A program made the position numbers and the translations under genes. From positions 160,001-224,000 of the forward strand of contig OY781089.1 in assembly GCA_963676565.1 (NCBI GenBank): a stretch of DNA of 64,000 nucleotides, in the 5' to 3' direction. The stretch's first letter is position 1. Each line of letters begins with the position of its first letter. Below, piece by piece: positions 39,626 through 50,118 of the stretch. The stretch is from Halarcobacter sp. (GTDB lineage Bacteria > Campylobacterota > Campylobacteria > Campylobacterales > Arcobacteraceae). Under the pieces are notes generated by a model, which ran no database searches, was not told where the DNA came from, and saw only the letters and a program-made list of their open reading frames with translations.

Positions 39626-40492
39626 TTATAAAGAGCTAATCTTATTTATTTTTTCTATAGCTCTTAGATAATCTTTTTTTTCTAAGTTTTTATTCAAGAG
39701 ATTATTTGTGATATTTTCAATTTTCTTTAATCTTTGCTCTTGGGTATCTATAAAAACTAGTACACTTTTATTTGTACTTTTAAAATACTTATGGGTAACA
39801 AAAAATTCACTTTTTAAATAGTGACCAGCTTTTTTCACTGAAACTAAATGGCTTTTATCACTATTTTGAACAATATGTTCAATCCAATTTTCATCTTCAT
39901 CTAAATTTTCAAGACTAAAAATATCTTTACATAACTTAGTTGCTTCTTTTAAAGAATTAATATTCTCATGCCCCAAATGTTCTAAAAACTTTTTACTCAT
40001 AAATTCAATCTCTTCCCCATGAAGAATAAACATAAAAGAGGGATTACTATCAAGTAAAAACTGCACATAATCATCAAAGCCATCACATAAATCATTTTTT
40101 TTGCCAAGATTTAATGATTTTTGAATAACAGTTAACATCTCAATCATATTTATTGGTTTTAAAAGATATTTTTCAATTCCAAGCTCAATAGCTTTTATTA
40201 AATAATCCCCATCACTATGGGCACTTGTTAAAATAATAGGAAAATCTTCTTTTATTTTTAAAATCTCTTCACACATATCTAGACCATTTTTAATAGGCAT
40301 TTGGATATCAGAAATTACAATGTCAGGTTCATGGGCTTTAAATAAATCAATTCCCTCTTGTCCATTTTTAGCAATTAGAAGTTTTTTTACACATTTTTTA
40401 AGAAAAAAACTAATCTCCTCAACAGTCATATCATCATCTTCTACATAAAGTACTGTTAAATTTTCAAATAAACTTTTATCAATTTTTTTCAA
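39626..40492 (-). CDS. Response regulator (REC plus PAS-like domain, no DNA-binding domain seen)
   Basis: VLYVEDD, SDIQMP, YLLKP; probable TTG start 40492 after AAGGAA. Confidence 0.85.
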   Translation of the reverse strand: MKKIDKSLFENLTVLYVEDDDMTVEEISFFLKKCVKKLLIAKNGQEGIDLFKAHEPDIVISDIQMPIKNGLDMCEEILKIKEDFPIILTSAHSDGDYLIKAIELGIEKYLLKPINMIEMLTVIQKSLNLGKKNDLCDGFDDYVQFLLDSNPSFMFILHGEEIEFMSKKFLEHLGHENINSLKEATKLCKDIFSLENLDEDENWIEHIVQNSDKSHLVSVKKAGHYLKSEFFVTHKYFKSTNKSVLVFIDTQEQRLKKIENITNNLLNKNLEKKDYLRAIEKINKISSL

Positions 40493-42050
40493 TATTAAAT
40501 TCCTTATATAGGGGTATTTTAACTGTAAATAATGCTCCATTTTTAGTATTTTTTACACTTAATTTACCCTCCATATTTTGTTCAACTATAATTTTTGACA
40601 TATATAAACCAATTCCTGTCCCTTTACCCTCTTCTTTTGTAGTAAAATATGGTTCAAAAACTTTATCTATAATATTTTGTGGGATTCCCCCTGCATTATC
40701 TTTAATACAAACAATTCCATAATCTTTATCATTTTTTACAGTAATAGTGACTTTTGCATTAGATATTGAATTCTCGCTAAAAGCATCCTTTGAATTATTC
40801 ATAATATTTAAAATGGTCTGTGAAAACTCATTTGAAAACCCAAATACTTTAATTTCACTCTCAAAGTTCTGTATAATCTTAATATTATGGTGTTCAAAGG
40901 TAGAATCAACAATATCTAGGGTTTTTTTAACAATATCATTTAAAACAAAAACCTCTTTCTCTTTATTTGGTTTAAAAAAGTTTCTAAAATCATCGATTGT
41001 TTTTGACATATTCTTAGATAATAAATTTACTTTATTTACAGATTTTTCCATAAATTCATCATCTAATTCATTAAGTTCATAGGCAAATTGGATATTTTGC
41101 ATCACTAAACTTAAGGCATTTAAAGGTTGTCTCCATTGGTGGGCAATATTTCCAATCATCTCACCCATTGAAGCTAGTTTTGATTGTTGAATTAATAATT
41201 GTTCTTGTTCTTGTCTTTTTCTAATCTCTGCATCAACTCTTTTTTCCAAGTTTTCATTTAAATCATTAAGCTCTTTTGTTCTTTGTTCAACCCTCTCTTC
41301 AAGTTTGGAATGAGACTCTCTTAATCTTTTTTGAGTCTCACTTAAAGCAGTAACCATTTTATTAAAACTTTGAGCTAACTTTCCTATCTCATCATTAGTT
41401 TTAATATCAACTTTCATAGATAAGTTACCCTTTGTTATCTCTTCTGTTATAGAGTTGAACTGAATAATTGGTGCGGTAATCATTTTAGCCAAAGTATATG
41501 AAATGATTAAAGATGTGAAAAGTAAAATTACGCCTAATGTTATAGCATTATTATCGATTTTTTCAAGCTGTTTTTGATACTCTAGTAGGTCTAATTCTAA
41601 AATTAAATCTCCCCAAATTATACCATTAAAATAGACTGGAAAAACATACCTAAAAATCTCTTGATTAAACTCTTTTGAATCAATAATTAAATACGAAGAT
41701 TTCTCAGCAGTTTTTATATCTCCTAACTTACCTCTTTCTATTAAACTCCAATTATCTTTTTTTACAATTATTCTATTACCATGATCCCTTGTAATTGTAA
41801 TAGATTTTAAATTTTCATTTAAAGAAACAAAATTTTGTACTGATTCTAAAAGTGTAATTTCATCCTCTACAACCATAGCATCGCTATTAGAGATATAAAT
41901 ATTTTGAGCAATACTTTTTGCTTTGATTTGTTGACTGTCTAAAATAGCCTCTTTTTGAGTAAAAATAAATTGATATGTAAAAAATACAAAAATAATAGTC
42001 ATTGTAAAAAATATGAGTATAAAAATTTTTAGGAATAAAGTAGATCTCAT
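40479..42050 (-). CDS. HAMP sensor histidine kinase
   Basis: 2 TM segments, DEIGKLAQSFNKM, IAHQWRQPL, GTGIGLY. Confidence 0.93.
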   Translation of the reverse strand: MRSTLFLKIFILIFFTMTIIFVFFTYQFIFTQKEAILDSQQIKAKSIAQNIYISNSDAMVVEDEITLLESVQNFVSLNENLKSITITRDHGNRIIVKKDNWSLIERGKLGDIKTAEKSSYLIIDSKEFNQEIFRYVFPVYFNGIIWGDLILELDLLEYQKQLEKIDNNAITLGVILLFTSLIISYTLAKMITAPIIQFNSITEEITKGNLSMKVDIKTNDEIGKLAQSFNKMVTALSETQKRLRESHSKLEERVEQRTKELNDLNENLEKRVDAEIRKRQEQEQLLIQQSKLASMGEMIGNIAHQWRQPLNALSLVMQNIQFAYELNELDDEFMEKSVNKVNLLSKNMSKTIDDFRNFFKPNKEKEVFVLNDIVKKTLDIVDSTFEHHNIKIIQNFESEIKVFGFSNEFSQTILNIMNNSKDAFSENSISNAKVTITVKNDKDYGIVCIKDNAGGIPQNIIDKVFEPYFTTKEEGKGTGIGLYMSKIIVEQNMEGKLSVKNTKNGALFTVKIPLYKEFNIEKN

Positions 42051-42949
42051 AAATTATATCTTTTTTCTAGTTCAAAATAATTTTCAAAAAATCTATTTAA
42101 ATCTTCTAAACTCTCATCTTCAATAACAAAAATAGCATCAACTTTTAAAATATTTATTATTCTTAGGGCATTTTTTGCTTTTAAATTTTGTGGGTTTTTA
42201 CCTTTTTCAAAGAAAAACTTTCTTGATGAGGCATCTGCATCTTTTGCATAAATACCTAAGTTATCAATAAAAATATTATCTGACATATCAATAATTTTTA
42301 CTTTCTTCTTAATTGCTGGATTAAAACTAACTATAACATCCCATGCTTTTTTTGTAATAACCCCGTAGTCTGATTTCCCAAAAAATACACTAAAAATGAC
42401 TCTTCTATCATTTTTTTCTTTCTTTAATTCCCCTAAAAGTTTATCTGATGATTTTTCATTTAGAATTAAAGAGTTTTTATCAAGCCAAATTTTTGCAATT
42501 TTATCATCGGCTTTTAAAACTAGCTTTTTATTTTTTAAATCTTTAAAACCTTTTAATTCTTTTTCTCCATTTGCAATTAGGTAATATCTTGATCTTTTCT
42601 TTTTACTTAAAGATATCCCCCATTTTTTATATGTCAAAGGGTCTAATACATCTTTATTTCTAAAATATGTCACTGCATCTAAAATAATTGTGTCCATTTT
42701 TTTGTTTATATAATCTTTTAAAATTGCTTCATTTTCATTGTAGATTTTAAGCTGTATTTTCATTTTTTCAGTTTTTGCAATTTCTGTTAACCATGAATTC
42801 ATAGCAACATTTCTATCTTTAAATTTTGATAAAATTCCTGCACCACTTGAGATACCAATGTTAGTTTCATAGATATAATTTATTTTTTCTGCAGAAAAGG
42901 AAAATATATTCAAAAAAAATATTATTGTAAAAATTCTAATTATTTTCAT
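42047..42949 (-). CDS. PhnD/SsuA-like periplasmic binding protein, paralog D
   Basis: Signal peptide; YYLIA...FKDLKNKKL; VFFGKSDYGVI...FNPAIK. Confidence 0.72.
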   Translation of the reverse strand: MKIIRIFTIIFFLNIFSFSAEKINYIYETNIGISSGAGILSKFKDRNVAMNSWLTEIAKTEKMKIQLKIYNENEAILKDYINKKMDTIILDAVTYFRNKDVLDPLTYKKWGISLSKKKRSRYYLIANGEKELKGFKDLKNKKLVLKADDKIAKIWLDKNSLILNEKSSDKLLGELKKEKNDRRVIFSVFFGKSDYGVITKKAWDVIVSFNPAIKKKVKIIDMSDNIFIDNLGIYAKDADASSRKFFFEKGKNPQNLKAKNALRIINILKVDAIFVIEDESLEDLNRFFENYFELEKRYNL

Positions 42950-43087
42950 CTATTCTCCTATTTATTATTAAAAAAATTATAGCATTTTTGAGATTATAAA
43001 TGTTTATTCATTAATTATTTGTAAAGCAAAATATATTTCAAATTGAAGATTTGATATAATCGTATTTTATAATAAGGGATAAAATTA

Positions 43088-44212
43088 ATGCAATTTAATA
43101 TTGATGCAAATGCAAATAAAGCTAGAGCTTGTACAATTAAAACAGCTCATAGTACAATAGAAACACCAGTTTTCATGCCAGTAGGAACACAAGCAACAGT
43201 AAAGGCTCTTGATGCCAATGATATGTTAAGCATGGGTGCAAAAATCATACTTGGAAATACTTATCATCTTTATTTAAGACCAGGAAGTAAATTAATCAAA
43301 AAATTTGGTGGACTTCATGGCTTTTCAAAATTTCCAAATTCTTTTTTAACAGATAGTGGTGGGTTTCAAGCATTTTCTTTAAGTGATAATAGTAAACCTG
43401 ATGAGAATGGAATTATGTTTAAATCACATATTGATGGTTCGAAGCATTACTTTACACCACAAAGTGTACTTGATACACAATACGATTTAGGAAGCGATAT
43501 TATGATGATCTTAGATGATTTAGTAGCTCTTCCAAATACAAAAGAGAGAATTAAAAAATCCATTGAAAGAACAACAAAATGGGCAAAAGAAGCAATTGAA
43601 TATCATAAAAGCCAGCAAGCAAAAGGGATTGGAGTAAATCAAAATATCTTTGCAATTATTCAAGGTGGTACAGATAAAGAGTTTAGAAAAATGAGTGCCG
43701 AACAACTTTGTGCTTTAGAGGATTTCGATGGCTATGCAATTGGTGGACTAAGTGTTGGTGAACCAAACCAAGATATGTATGATACAGTTGAATGGACAAC
43801 GCAATTTATGCCAGAAAATAAGCCAAGATATCTTATGGGAGTTGGAACACCTGAAGATTTAATAGAAAATATTGAGCGTGGTGTTGATATGTTTGACTGT
43901 GTAATGCCTACAAGAAATGCAAGGAATGGGACACTTTTTACTAGTTTTGGAAGAGTAAATATCAAAAAAGCAAGCTTTAAAGAGGATGAAAAACCAATTG
44001 ATGAAGAGTGTACTTGTTATACTTGTCAAAACTTTACAAGAGCATATATGAACCATTTATTTAGAGCAGGAGAGATTACATATTTTAGACTTGCATCATT
44101 ACACAATATCCATTACTATTTAAACTTAATGAAACAAGCAAGAGCTGCAATATTAGCTAACAAGTGGGATGAATTTAAAAAGGAATTTTATTCAAAAAGA
44201 GGTGTAAATTAA
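43088..44212 (+). CDS. tgt: tRNA-guanine transglycosylase
   Basis: [29 protein letters not shown], CxCxxC. Confidence 0.98.
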   Translation: MQFNIDANANKARACTIKTAHSTIETPVFMPVGTQATVKALDANDMLSMGAKIILGNTYHLYLRPGSKLIKKFGGLHGFSKFPNSFLTDSGGFQAFSLSDNSKPDENGIMFKSHIDGSKHYFTPQSVLDTQYDLGSDIMMILDDLVALPNTKERIKKSIERTTKWAKEAIEYHKSQQAKGIGVNQNIFAIIQGGTDKEFRKMSAEQLCALEDFDGYAIGGLSVGEPNQDMYDTVEWTTQFMPENKPRYLMGVGTPEDLIENIERGVDMFDCVMPTRNARNGTLFTSFGRVNIKKASFKEDEKPIDEECTCYTCQNFTRAYMNHLFRAGEITYFRLASLHNIHYYLNLMKQARAAILANKWDEFKKEFYSKRGVN

Positions 44213-44276
44213 AGCTTTAAACTCTTTTTCGATAAAATATTAGCCATTTTAATACTTAAAAGTATAAAGGAAAATA

Positions 44277-44567
44277 ATGACAGTTGATGATAAGTTAATT
44301 GATAAATTAGCAAAACTTTCAAGTTTAGAGATTGATGATTCTAAAAAAGAGGGTTTAAAATCAGAACTTGCTGATATTATTAATTTTGTTGAAAATTTAA
44401 ATGAGATTGATGTATCAGATATTGAAGCTACATTTAGCACAATAGAAGGTGGTACCCCTTTAAGAGAGGATGAATCTAAACAAGATTTAGAGATGTCTAA
44501 GCATATCTTAAAACATGCACCACAAAGTGAAGAAGGGTATTTTATAGTACCAAAAATTATAGAATAG
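44277..44567 (+). CDS. gatC: Asp/Glu-tRNA amidotransferase subunit C
   Basis: KLAKLSSL...TPLRED...YFIVPKIIE. Confidence 0.93.
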   Translation: MTVDDKLIDKLAKLSSLEIDDSKKEGLKSELADIINFVENLNEIDVSDIEATFSTIEGGTPLREDESKQDLEMSKHILKHAPQSEEGYFIVPKIIE

Positions 44568-44575
44568 GACTAATA

Positions 44576-44920
44576 ATGAATATTACTGTTTATGGAATTA
44601 AAACATGCGGTAGTGTTAGAAATGCACTTAAATTTTTTAAAGAAAACAATATAGAAGTAGATTTTTTTGATTTTAAAAAAGAAACTCCTAGTGCCCAAAA
44701 AGTTAAAACTTGGACACAAAAAGCAGATATAAATATTCTATTTAATTCAAAAGGTACAAAATATAAAAACTTAGGATTAAAAGAGTTAAATCTTGATGAA
44801 AATGGTAAATATGAATGGTTGGTTAAAGAACCTATGCTATTTAAAAGACCAGTAATTGAATATGATGATAAAGTTTTAGTTGCTTGGAATGAAGAAATTT
44901 ATAAAGATACTTTTTTATAA
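44576..44920 (+). CDS. ArsC/Spx (YffB-like) family protein
   Basis: YGIKTCGSV...PMLFKRPVI. Confidence 0.88.
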   Translation: MNITVYGIKTCGSVRNALKFFKENNIEVDFFDFKKETPSAQKVKTWTQKADINILFNSKGTKYKNLGLKELNLDENGKYEWLVKEPMLFKRPVIEYDDKVLVAWNEEIYKDTFL

Positions 44921-44932
44921 AAGTATCTTTAT
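44901..44932. terminator. Bidirectional terminator candidate
   Basis: ATAAAGATACTTTT-TTAT-AAAAGTATCTTTAT. Confidence 0.6.
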
Positions 44933-45973
44933 CTACTCTATATTTATTTCAGGTTTATTTTCCACATTAAAAGTTTCTATAGAATATTGTCTATTTGAAT
45001 GTTTTAATAATATATAAGCTTTTTGTATTTCTGGATTTTTCAATAAAAAACTATCCTCTTTATCTATTTTAACATTTGTAAAACCAAATGATTTATACTG
45101 TTTTATTAACATATTTTTTATCTGCTCAAAAGATATCTCATACCTATCATCAATATTAATTTTATAACTATTTTCATTTTCTAGATACTCTATATCTTTT
45201 ACTTTCTCAATATTTTCAACACTTTTAGGCTGTTTACTCATTATAAATTCGTAGGTTACTGATAAAAAACCTATTGTAAATACTGTTATAAAAATATTTA
45301 AAAGGGATAAAAGAATACTTAGTTTAGAAGATATTAATCCCATTAAAAAATTTATTGCTAAGCCATAAACAAAACCTACAAGTAATCCTAATAGTACAGG
45401 AATTATAATAACACATACAAAAATTAAAAGTTTATACTCCTTTGAAATTTCAAAAGCATCCCCAAAACCCATAGGTTTATCAATAGCAATAGCAGGGAAA
45501 ACTAAAGAAACCCGTGAGAAAATAAGCCCTAAGAAAATTGAAATCACTATAGTGATAGCTAAAGTAAAATACAAACTAAACTCTTTTCCTAAAAAACTTC
45601 CCACTAATTTTTCAAATAATGACAATATAAAAAAGAATATTACTCCTAAAAATGCTAGAAGTAAACCTAAACCTATTGCTTTAAAAGCAAATGTTACTTC
45701 TCTACCTGTAAATTTATAAATACCCCACTTAGGAGTAGCATTTTCATCTAACAAAAGTATTCTATGAATTGTAATTGACATCACTATAGTTACTAAAAAA
45801 GATACTCCTACTAGTAAGTAGTAACTTGCACTACCTATTGTCTCTTTTACATCAGGGGTAGTAAAATACTCAATAATGCTTAATAATATAAAAGGTATTA
45901 ATAAACCTTTCATTAAACTATATTTTTTTTCAAAAATAGAATCAAAGGTTTTTTTAAATATGTTGAAATACAA
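44933..45973 (-). CDS. Hypothetical membrane protein (about 6 TM plus soluble tail)
   Basis: HRILLL and SRVSLVFPAIAID motifs; hydrophobic segments. Confidence 0.75.
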   Translation of the reverse strand: MYFNIFKKTFDSIFEKKYSLMKGLLIPFILLSIIEYFTTPDVKETIGSASYYLLVGVSFLVTIVMSITIHRILLLDENATPKWGIYKFTGREVTFAFKAIGLGLLLAFLGVIFFFILSLFEKLVGSFLGKEFSLYFTLAITIVISIFLGLIFSRVSLVFPAIAIDKPMGFGDAFEISKEYKLLIFVCVIIIPVLLGLLVGFVYGLAINFLMGLISSKLSILLSLLNIFITVFTIGFLSVTYEFIMSKQPKSVENIEKVKDIEYLENENSYKINIDDRYEISFEQIKNMLIKQYKSFGFTNVKIDKEDSFLLKNPEIQKAYILLKHSNRQYSIETFNVENKPEINIE

Positions 45974-46094
45974 AGTAGTCCTTTTTTCATCTAATTTAAT
46001 TAGATTTATAAAATAATTTTAGACTATAATATATAATATAGAAGATTATGTTTAATTTTGTAAAAAAAGAAAGGTTATTCACCTCTCTTTTTAT

Positions 46095-47447
46095 TTAAGA
46101 TCTAGCTTCTTTTAAAGTTTCTGCTATCATAAATGATAATTCTAATGCTTGATCTGCATTTAATCTTGGATCACATTGTGTATGGTATCTACTAGCAAGT
46201 CCATCTGCTGTAATTGCTGAACTTTTACTTCCTGTACACTCTGTCACATTTTGTCCAGTCATTTCAAGGTGAATACCACCTGCAACTGTACCTTCTGCTT
46301 TATGAATTTGGAAGAACTGTTTTACTTCAGTTAAAATATTATCAAAGTCTCTAGTTTTATAACCATTTGGTGCTTTTTCAACATTTCCATGCATTGGATC
46401 TGATGACCATACAACATTTTTACCCTCTTCTTTTACTCTTTTTAAAAGATTTGGGAATTTGTCAGCAATTTTATCATGGCCCATTCTAACAATAAGATTT
46501 AATCTTCCTGCTTCATTTTCAGGGTTTAAAGCATCAATTAATTCGATTAATTCATCTTCTTGCATAGAAGGTCCAACTTTACATCCAATTGGATTATTTA
46601 TACCTCTAAAGTATTCTAAATGAGCCCCATCTAGTTGTCTTGTTCTATCACCTATCCATAACATATGAGCAGAACAATCATACCATTTACCACTTAATGA
46701 ATCTTTTCTTGTAAGAGCTTCTTCATAATTTAATAATAAAGCTTCATGGGAAGTATAAAGTACTGTTTCTCTTAATTGTGCTGTATTTTCACTTGTGATT
46801 CCACATGATTCCATGAATTTTAACGTTTCAGAAATTTTTACTGCTAATTGGTCATATTTTTCACCAAGTGCATTGTCTTTTACAAAATCTAAATTCCATG
46901 CATGAACTTTGTGTAAATCTGCCATACCACCTCTTGCAAATGCTCTAAGTAAATTTAATGTTGCAGCACTTTGATTATAAGCTTTTAAAAGTCTTTTTGC
47001 TTTTGGTGTTCTATCTTTTTCGGTAAAATCTACATTATTGATAATATCACCTCTATATGAAGGTAAGGCGATACCATTTATCTCTTCAAAATCAGCAGAT
47101 CTTGGTTTTGCAAATTGTCCTGCAATTCTTCCTACTTTTACAACTGGTTTTCCACCTGAAAAAGTTAAAACAACTGCCATTTGCATCATAACTTTAAATA
47201 AATCTTTTATATTATTTGCATCAAAAGCATTAAAAGATTCAGCACAATCTCCACCTTGAAGTAAAAATGCATCACCTTTAACTACATCTGCAAGTTTTGA
47301 TTTTAAAGTTTCGGCCTCTCCAGCAAAAATAAGTGGAGGATATGTCGCTAATTCTTTTTCAACTTTAGCAAGTTTCTCTAAATCTGTATATGTTGGTTGT
47401 TGTTTAATTGGAAAATCTCTCCAAGAGCTAGGATTCCAAGTATTCAT
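46095..47447 (-). CDS. Class II DAHP synthase
   Basis: [33 protein letters not shown]. Confidence 0.97.
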   Translation of the reverse strand: MNTWNPSSWRDFPIKQQPTYTDLEKLAKVEKELATYPPLIFAGEAETLKSKLADVVKGDAFLLQGGDCAESFNAFDANNIKDLFKVMMQMAVVLTFSGGKPVVKVGRIAGQFAKPRSADFEEINGIALPSYRGDIINNVDFTEKDRTPKAKRLLKAYNQSAATLNLLRAFARGGMADLHKVHAWNLDFVKDNALGEKYDQLAVKISETLKFMESCGITSENTAQLRETVLYTSHEALLLNYEEALTRKDSLSGKWYDCSAHMLWIGDRTRQLDGAHLEYFRGINNPIGCKVGPSMQEDELIELIDALNPENEAGRLNLIVRMGHDKIADKFPNLLKRVKEEGKNVVWSSDPMHGNVEKAPNGYKTRDFDNILTEVKQFFQIHKAEGTVAGGIHLEMTGQNVTECTGSKSSAITADGLASRYHTQCDPRLNADQALELSFMIAETLKEARS

Positions 47448-47540
47448 AGCTTATCCTTATTTTTAAATAGAGATGATTTTATCTAAAATATTCTTAAGCT
47501 AGATAGTACAAACCCAAAGCTTAGCCTCGGGTTTATTTAA

Positions 47541-48536
47541 TTAGTTTTTTTGAAGTTTTTGTAATAGGTCTTTAAATGACTCTTTAAATGACTCTAATCC
47601 ATCATTTAATAATTTCTCATATATAGCATCAATATCAATTTGACTTGATTTCATTGTTTTGAAAAACTCATCACACTCACTCTCACTAATGATTTCACTA
47701 GCCTCTTTTGAACCATTTTCTAGCCATTCATCGATTGTTGCTAGTGGAGCAGTATTAACAGAGTTTGGATAGATTAAACTATCTACATAATAACTTCCTG
47801 GCAAGTCATCACCTTTTACACCTGTACTTGCAAATAAAGTTCTAATATTTTCATTAGCAAATTTTTCAACTTCATGGTAACATTTAGCTGCATTTACAAT
47901 TCCAAGTCTTCCTGTTTTTAAACCCTTTGCTCTAAATTCAGAATCACACATTCTATCAAATCTAGAAACAAATACAGAGATAACTGCCTTAATATCTTTA
48001 TTTGATGCTTTAATCCCTTCATTTAAAGCTTTTGCACACTCTTTTGCTTGTTCAGGAGAGAATATTAAAGTAGCATTTACATGAATTCCTGCACTTGTTA
48101 ATTCTTTCATAGCTTCATAACCAGCTTTTGTTGCTGGAACTTTAATCATTACATTTTCAGCACCAATTTGAGAATTTAATCTCATACCCTCTTCAATAGT
48201 TGCCTTAGCATCATCGCATAAAGCAGGATCTACTTCAATTGAGATAAATCCATCGTTAGTATTGTCTAAATAAAGGTCATTTAATAATTCTGCTGCTCTT
48301 TTAATATCTGTAATAGCAAGCTCTTCGTAAATAACTTTCGGCTCATTTGCCTTTAACATTTCAAACTGCTGTCCATAGGCAACAGAGTTTGTAATTGAAG
48401 ATTCAAATATTGCAGGATTCGATGTTGCACCATGAATAACTTCATCTTTGATAAGAGTTTGAAATCTGTTTTCTAAGAAATCTCTTTCTATAAAATCACA
48501 CCATAATGAAAAATTTATATCCTCTTTTAAACTCAT
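47541..48536 (-). CDS. tal: Transaldolase
   Basis: GATSNPAIF, MIKVPAT, RTLFASTG. Confidence 0.95.
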   Translation of the reverse strand: MSLKEDINFSLWCDFIERDFLENRFQTLIKDEVIHGATSNPAIFESSITNSVAYGQQFEMLKANEPKVIYEELAITDIKRAAELLNDLYLDNTNDGFISIEVDPALCDDAKATIEEGMRLNSQIGAENVMIKVPATKAGYEAMKELTSAGIHVNATLIFSPEQAKECAKALNEGIKASNKDIKAVISVFVSRFDRMCDSEFRAKGLKTGRLGIVNAAKCYHEVEKFANENIRTLFASTGVKGDDLPGSYYVDSLIYPNSVNTAPLATIDEWLENGSKEASEIISESECDEFFKTMKSSQIDIDAIYEKLLNDGLESFKESFKDLLQKLQKN

Positions 48537-48540
48537 ATTT

Positions 48541-48570
48541 TTCCTTTTAATAATCCCTATTAAAAGGGAC
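48541..48570 (-). promoter_or_regulatory. Shine-Dalgarno-pairing hairpin motif, copy 2
   Basis: mRNA GUCCCUUUUAAUAGGGAUUAUUAAAAGGAA ending 4 nt before AUG. Confidence 0.55.
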
Positions 48571-48656
48571 TTTTTTAATTTCTAATTTCTTTTATCGAAA
48601 GAAATAAATTCTTTCTAAAGAAACAAATCTAAAGAGCGTCAGAAGACGCTTTGTAA

Positions 48657-49277
48657 TTAAATATAGTCTAATATCTTTGTTAAATCTTTTTCATCAACAA
48701 TGATATTAGCTTCTTTTTTTAAAATATCTTTTGCACAAAAAGCAACTCTTTTTGATGCATATGGGAACATTGAAACATCATTTGCCCCATCCCCAGCAAC
48801 TAAAGTATTTTCTTTAGTCACACCTAGCATTGATTGAACCCTTTGAATCATATCACCCTTAGAAAAACCAAACATCATATCTCCACCAACAAGACCAGTT
48901 AAAATACCATCTTTTTCGTGTAAAATATTTGAAAAGTCTGCATCTAAACCTAACTTTTCTTTAGCTGGTGAGGTTCCAATCCTAAAACCACCTGAGAAAC
49001 AAACCACTTTATAATCTTGCTTTTTAAGTTCACTAACTAATTCGTAAGCACCTGGCATCAAAGGTAAATCTTTACAAATCTCTACAGCTTTAGAATACTC
49101 TAAACCTTTTAATAAAGATACCCTTTCAACTAGAGACTCGAAAAAGTCAAGTTCTCCAGCCATTGCTTTTTCAGTAATACTTGCAACTTTTTCTTCAAGA
49201 CCCAAAGGCTTTGCTAAAAAATCGATAGTTTCACCATCCATAAGTGTTGAATCAAAATCAAAAACAGCTAATTTCAT
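48657..49277 (-). CDS. serB: Phosphoserine phosphatase
   Basis: FDFDSTL, SGGF, GDGAND. Confidence 0.95.
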   Translation of the reverse strand: MKLAVFDFDSTLMDGETIDFLAKPLGLEEKVASITEKAMAGELDFFESLVERVSLLKGLEYSKAVEICKDLPLMPGAYELVSELKKQDYKVVCFSGGFRIGTSPAKEKLGLDADFSNILHEKDGILTGLVGGDMMFGFSKGDMIQRVQSMLGVTKENTLVAGDGANDVSMFPYASKRVAFCAKDILKKEANIIVDEKDLTKILDYI

Positions 49278-49344
49278 ACTTAGTTTTCCTAGATTTATTT
49301 TTTTGAAGGTATAATAGTATCCAAATTTATCTAAAGGATACTAT

Positions 49345-49728
49345 TTGAAGCTAGCTTCTATTGATATTGGACTTAAAAGAATTGGCGTTGCCATCAGTCT
49401 TACAGGTACAATTGTAACACCCCAAAATGCTATTTTAAGAAAAAATAGAAACCAAGCAGCAAATGATGTAAATAGTTTTTTAAAAGAATGGGAGATAGAA
49501 AAACTTATTGTTGGATTTCCTAGTGCAAGTGATGATATGCAAAAAAGAATTGCTCACTTTGTAAAACTACTTGAACTTGAAATCCCTTATGAGTTTCAAG
49601 AAGAGAATATGAGTTCTATTGAAGCTGAAGAACTTATGAGAGGTGATATAAAATATAAAAGAGATGGAAGAGTTGATTCCCTTGCAGCTAAAATAATACT
49701 TGAGAGATTTTTAGCCAAAAAAGATTAA
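49345..49728 (+). CDS. ruvX: YqgF/RuvX family nuclease
   Basis: IDIGLKRIGVA, VGFP, VDSLAAKIILE. Confidence 0.92.
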   Translation: MKLASIDIGLKRIGVAISLTGTIVTPQNAILRKNRNQAANDVNSFLKEWEIEKLIVGFPSASDDMQKRIAHFVKLLELEIPYEFQEENMSSIEAEELMRGDIKYKRDGRVDSLAAKIILERFLAKKD

Positions 49729-50087
49729 TTTTTTTTACTCTTTTTTTCTATATTAACTACAGCTATTGCAAAACCTGCATCATGACTTATTGAAAGGTAT
49801 GATTTTTTTATATTAAATTTTTTTCTAATCTCTTTTTTGTATTTAATTTTTGGAGCACCTTTTTTATCTTTTTTTATTTTTATATCATGAAAAGAACACT
49901 CTTTACCAATTCCTGTACCAATAGCTTTACTTGCTGCTTCCTTTGCTGCCCAAAATCCAGCAGCAGTTTCAGGTCGTTTAATTAATTGTATTTCATCTTC
50001 ATCTAAAAACCTTTGATATGCTTTTAAACCAAACTTTTCATACATATTTTTTATTCTATTTACTGAAGTTACATCTATTCCAATCAT
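49725..50087 (-). CDS. acpS: Holo-ACP synthase
   Basis: MIGIDV (start 50087), AGFWAAKEA, SISHD. Confidence 0.95.
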   Translation of the reverse strand: MIGIDVTSVNRIKNMYEKFGLKAYQRFLDEDEIQLIKRPETAAGFWAAKEAASKAIGTGIGKECSFHDIKIKKDKKGAPKIKYKKEIRKKFNIKKSYLSISHDAGFAIAVVNIEKKSKKN

Positions 50088-50118
50088 TATTAACCTGTCT
50101 TTTTGTATAATCTGCTTT

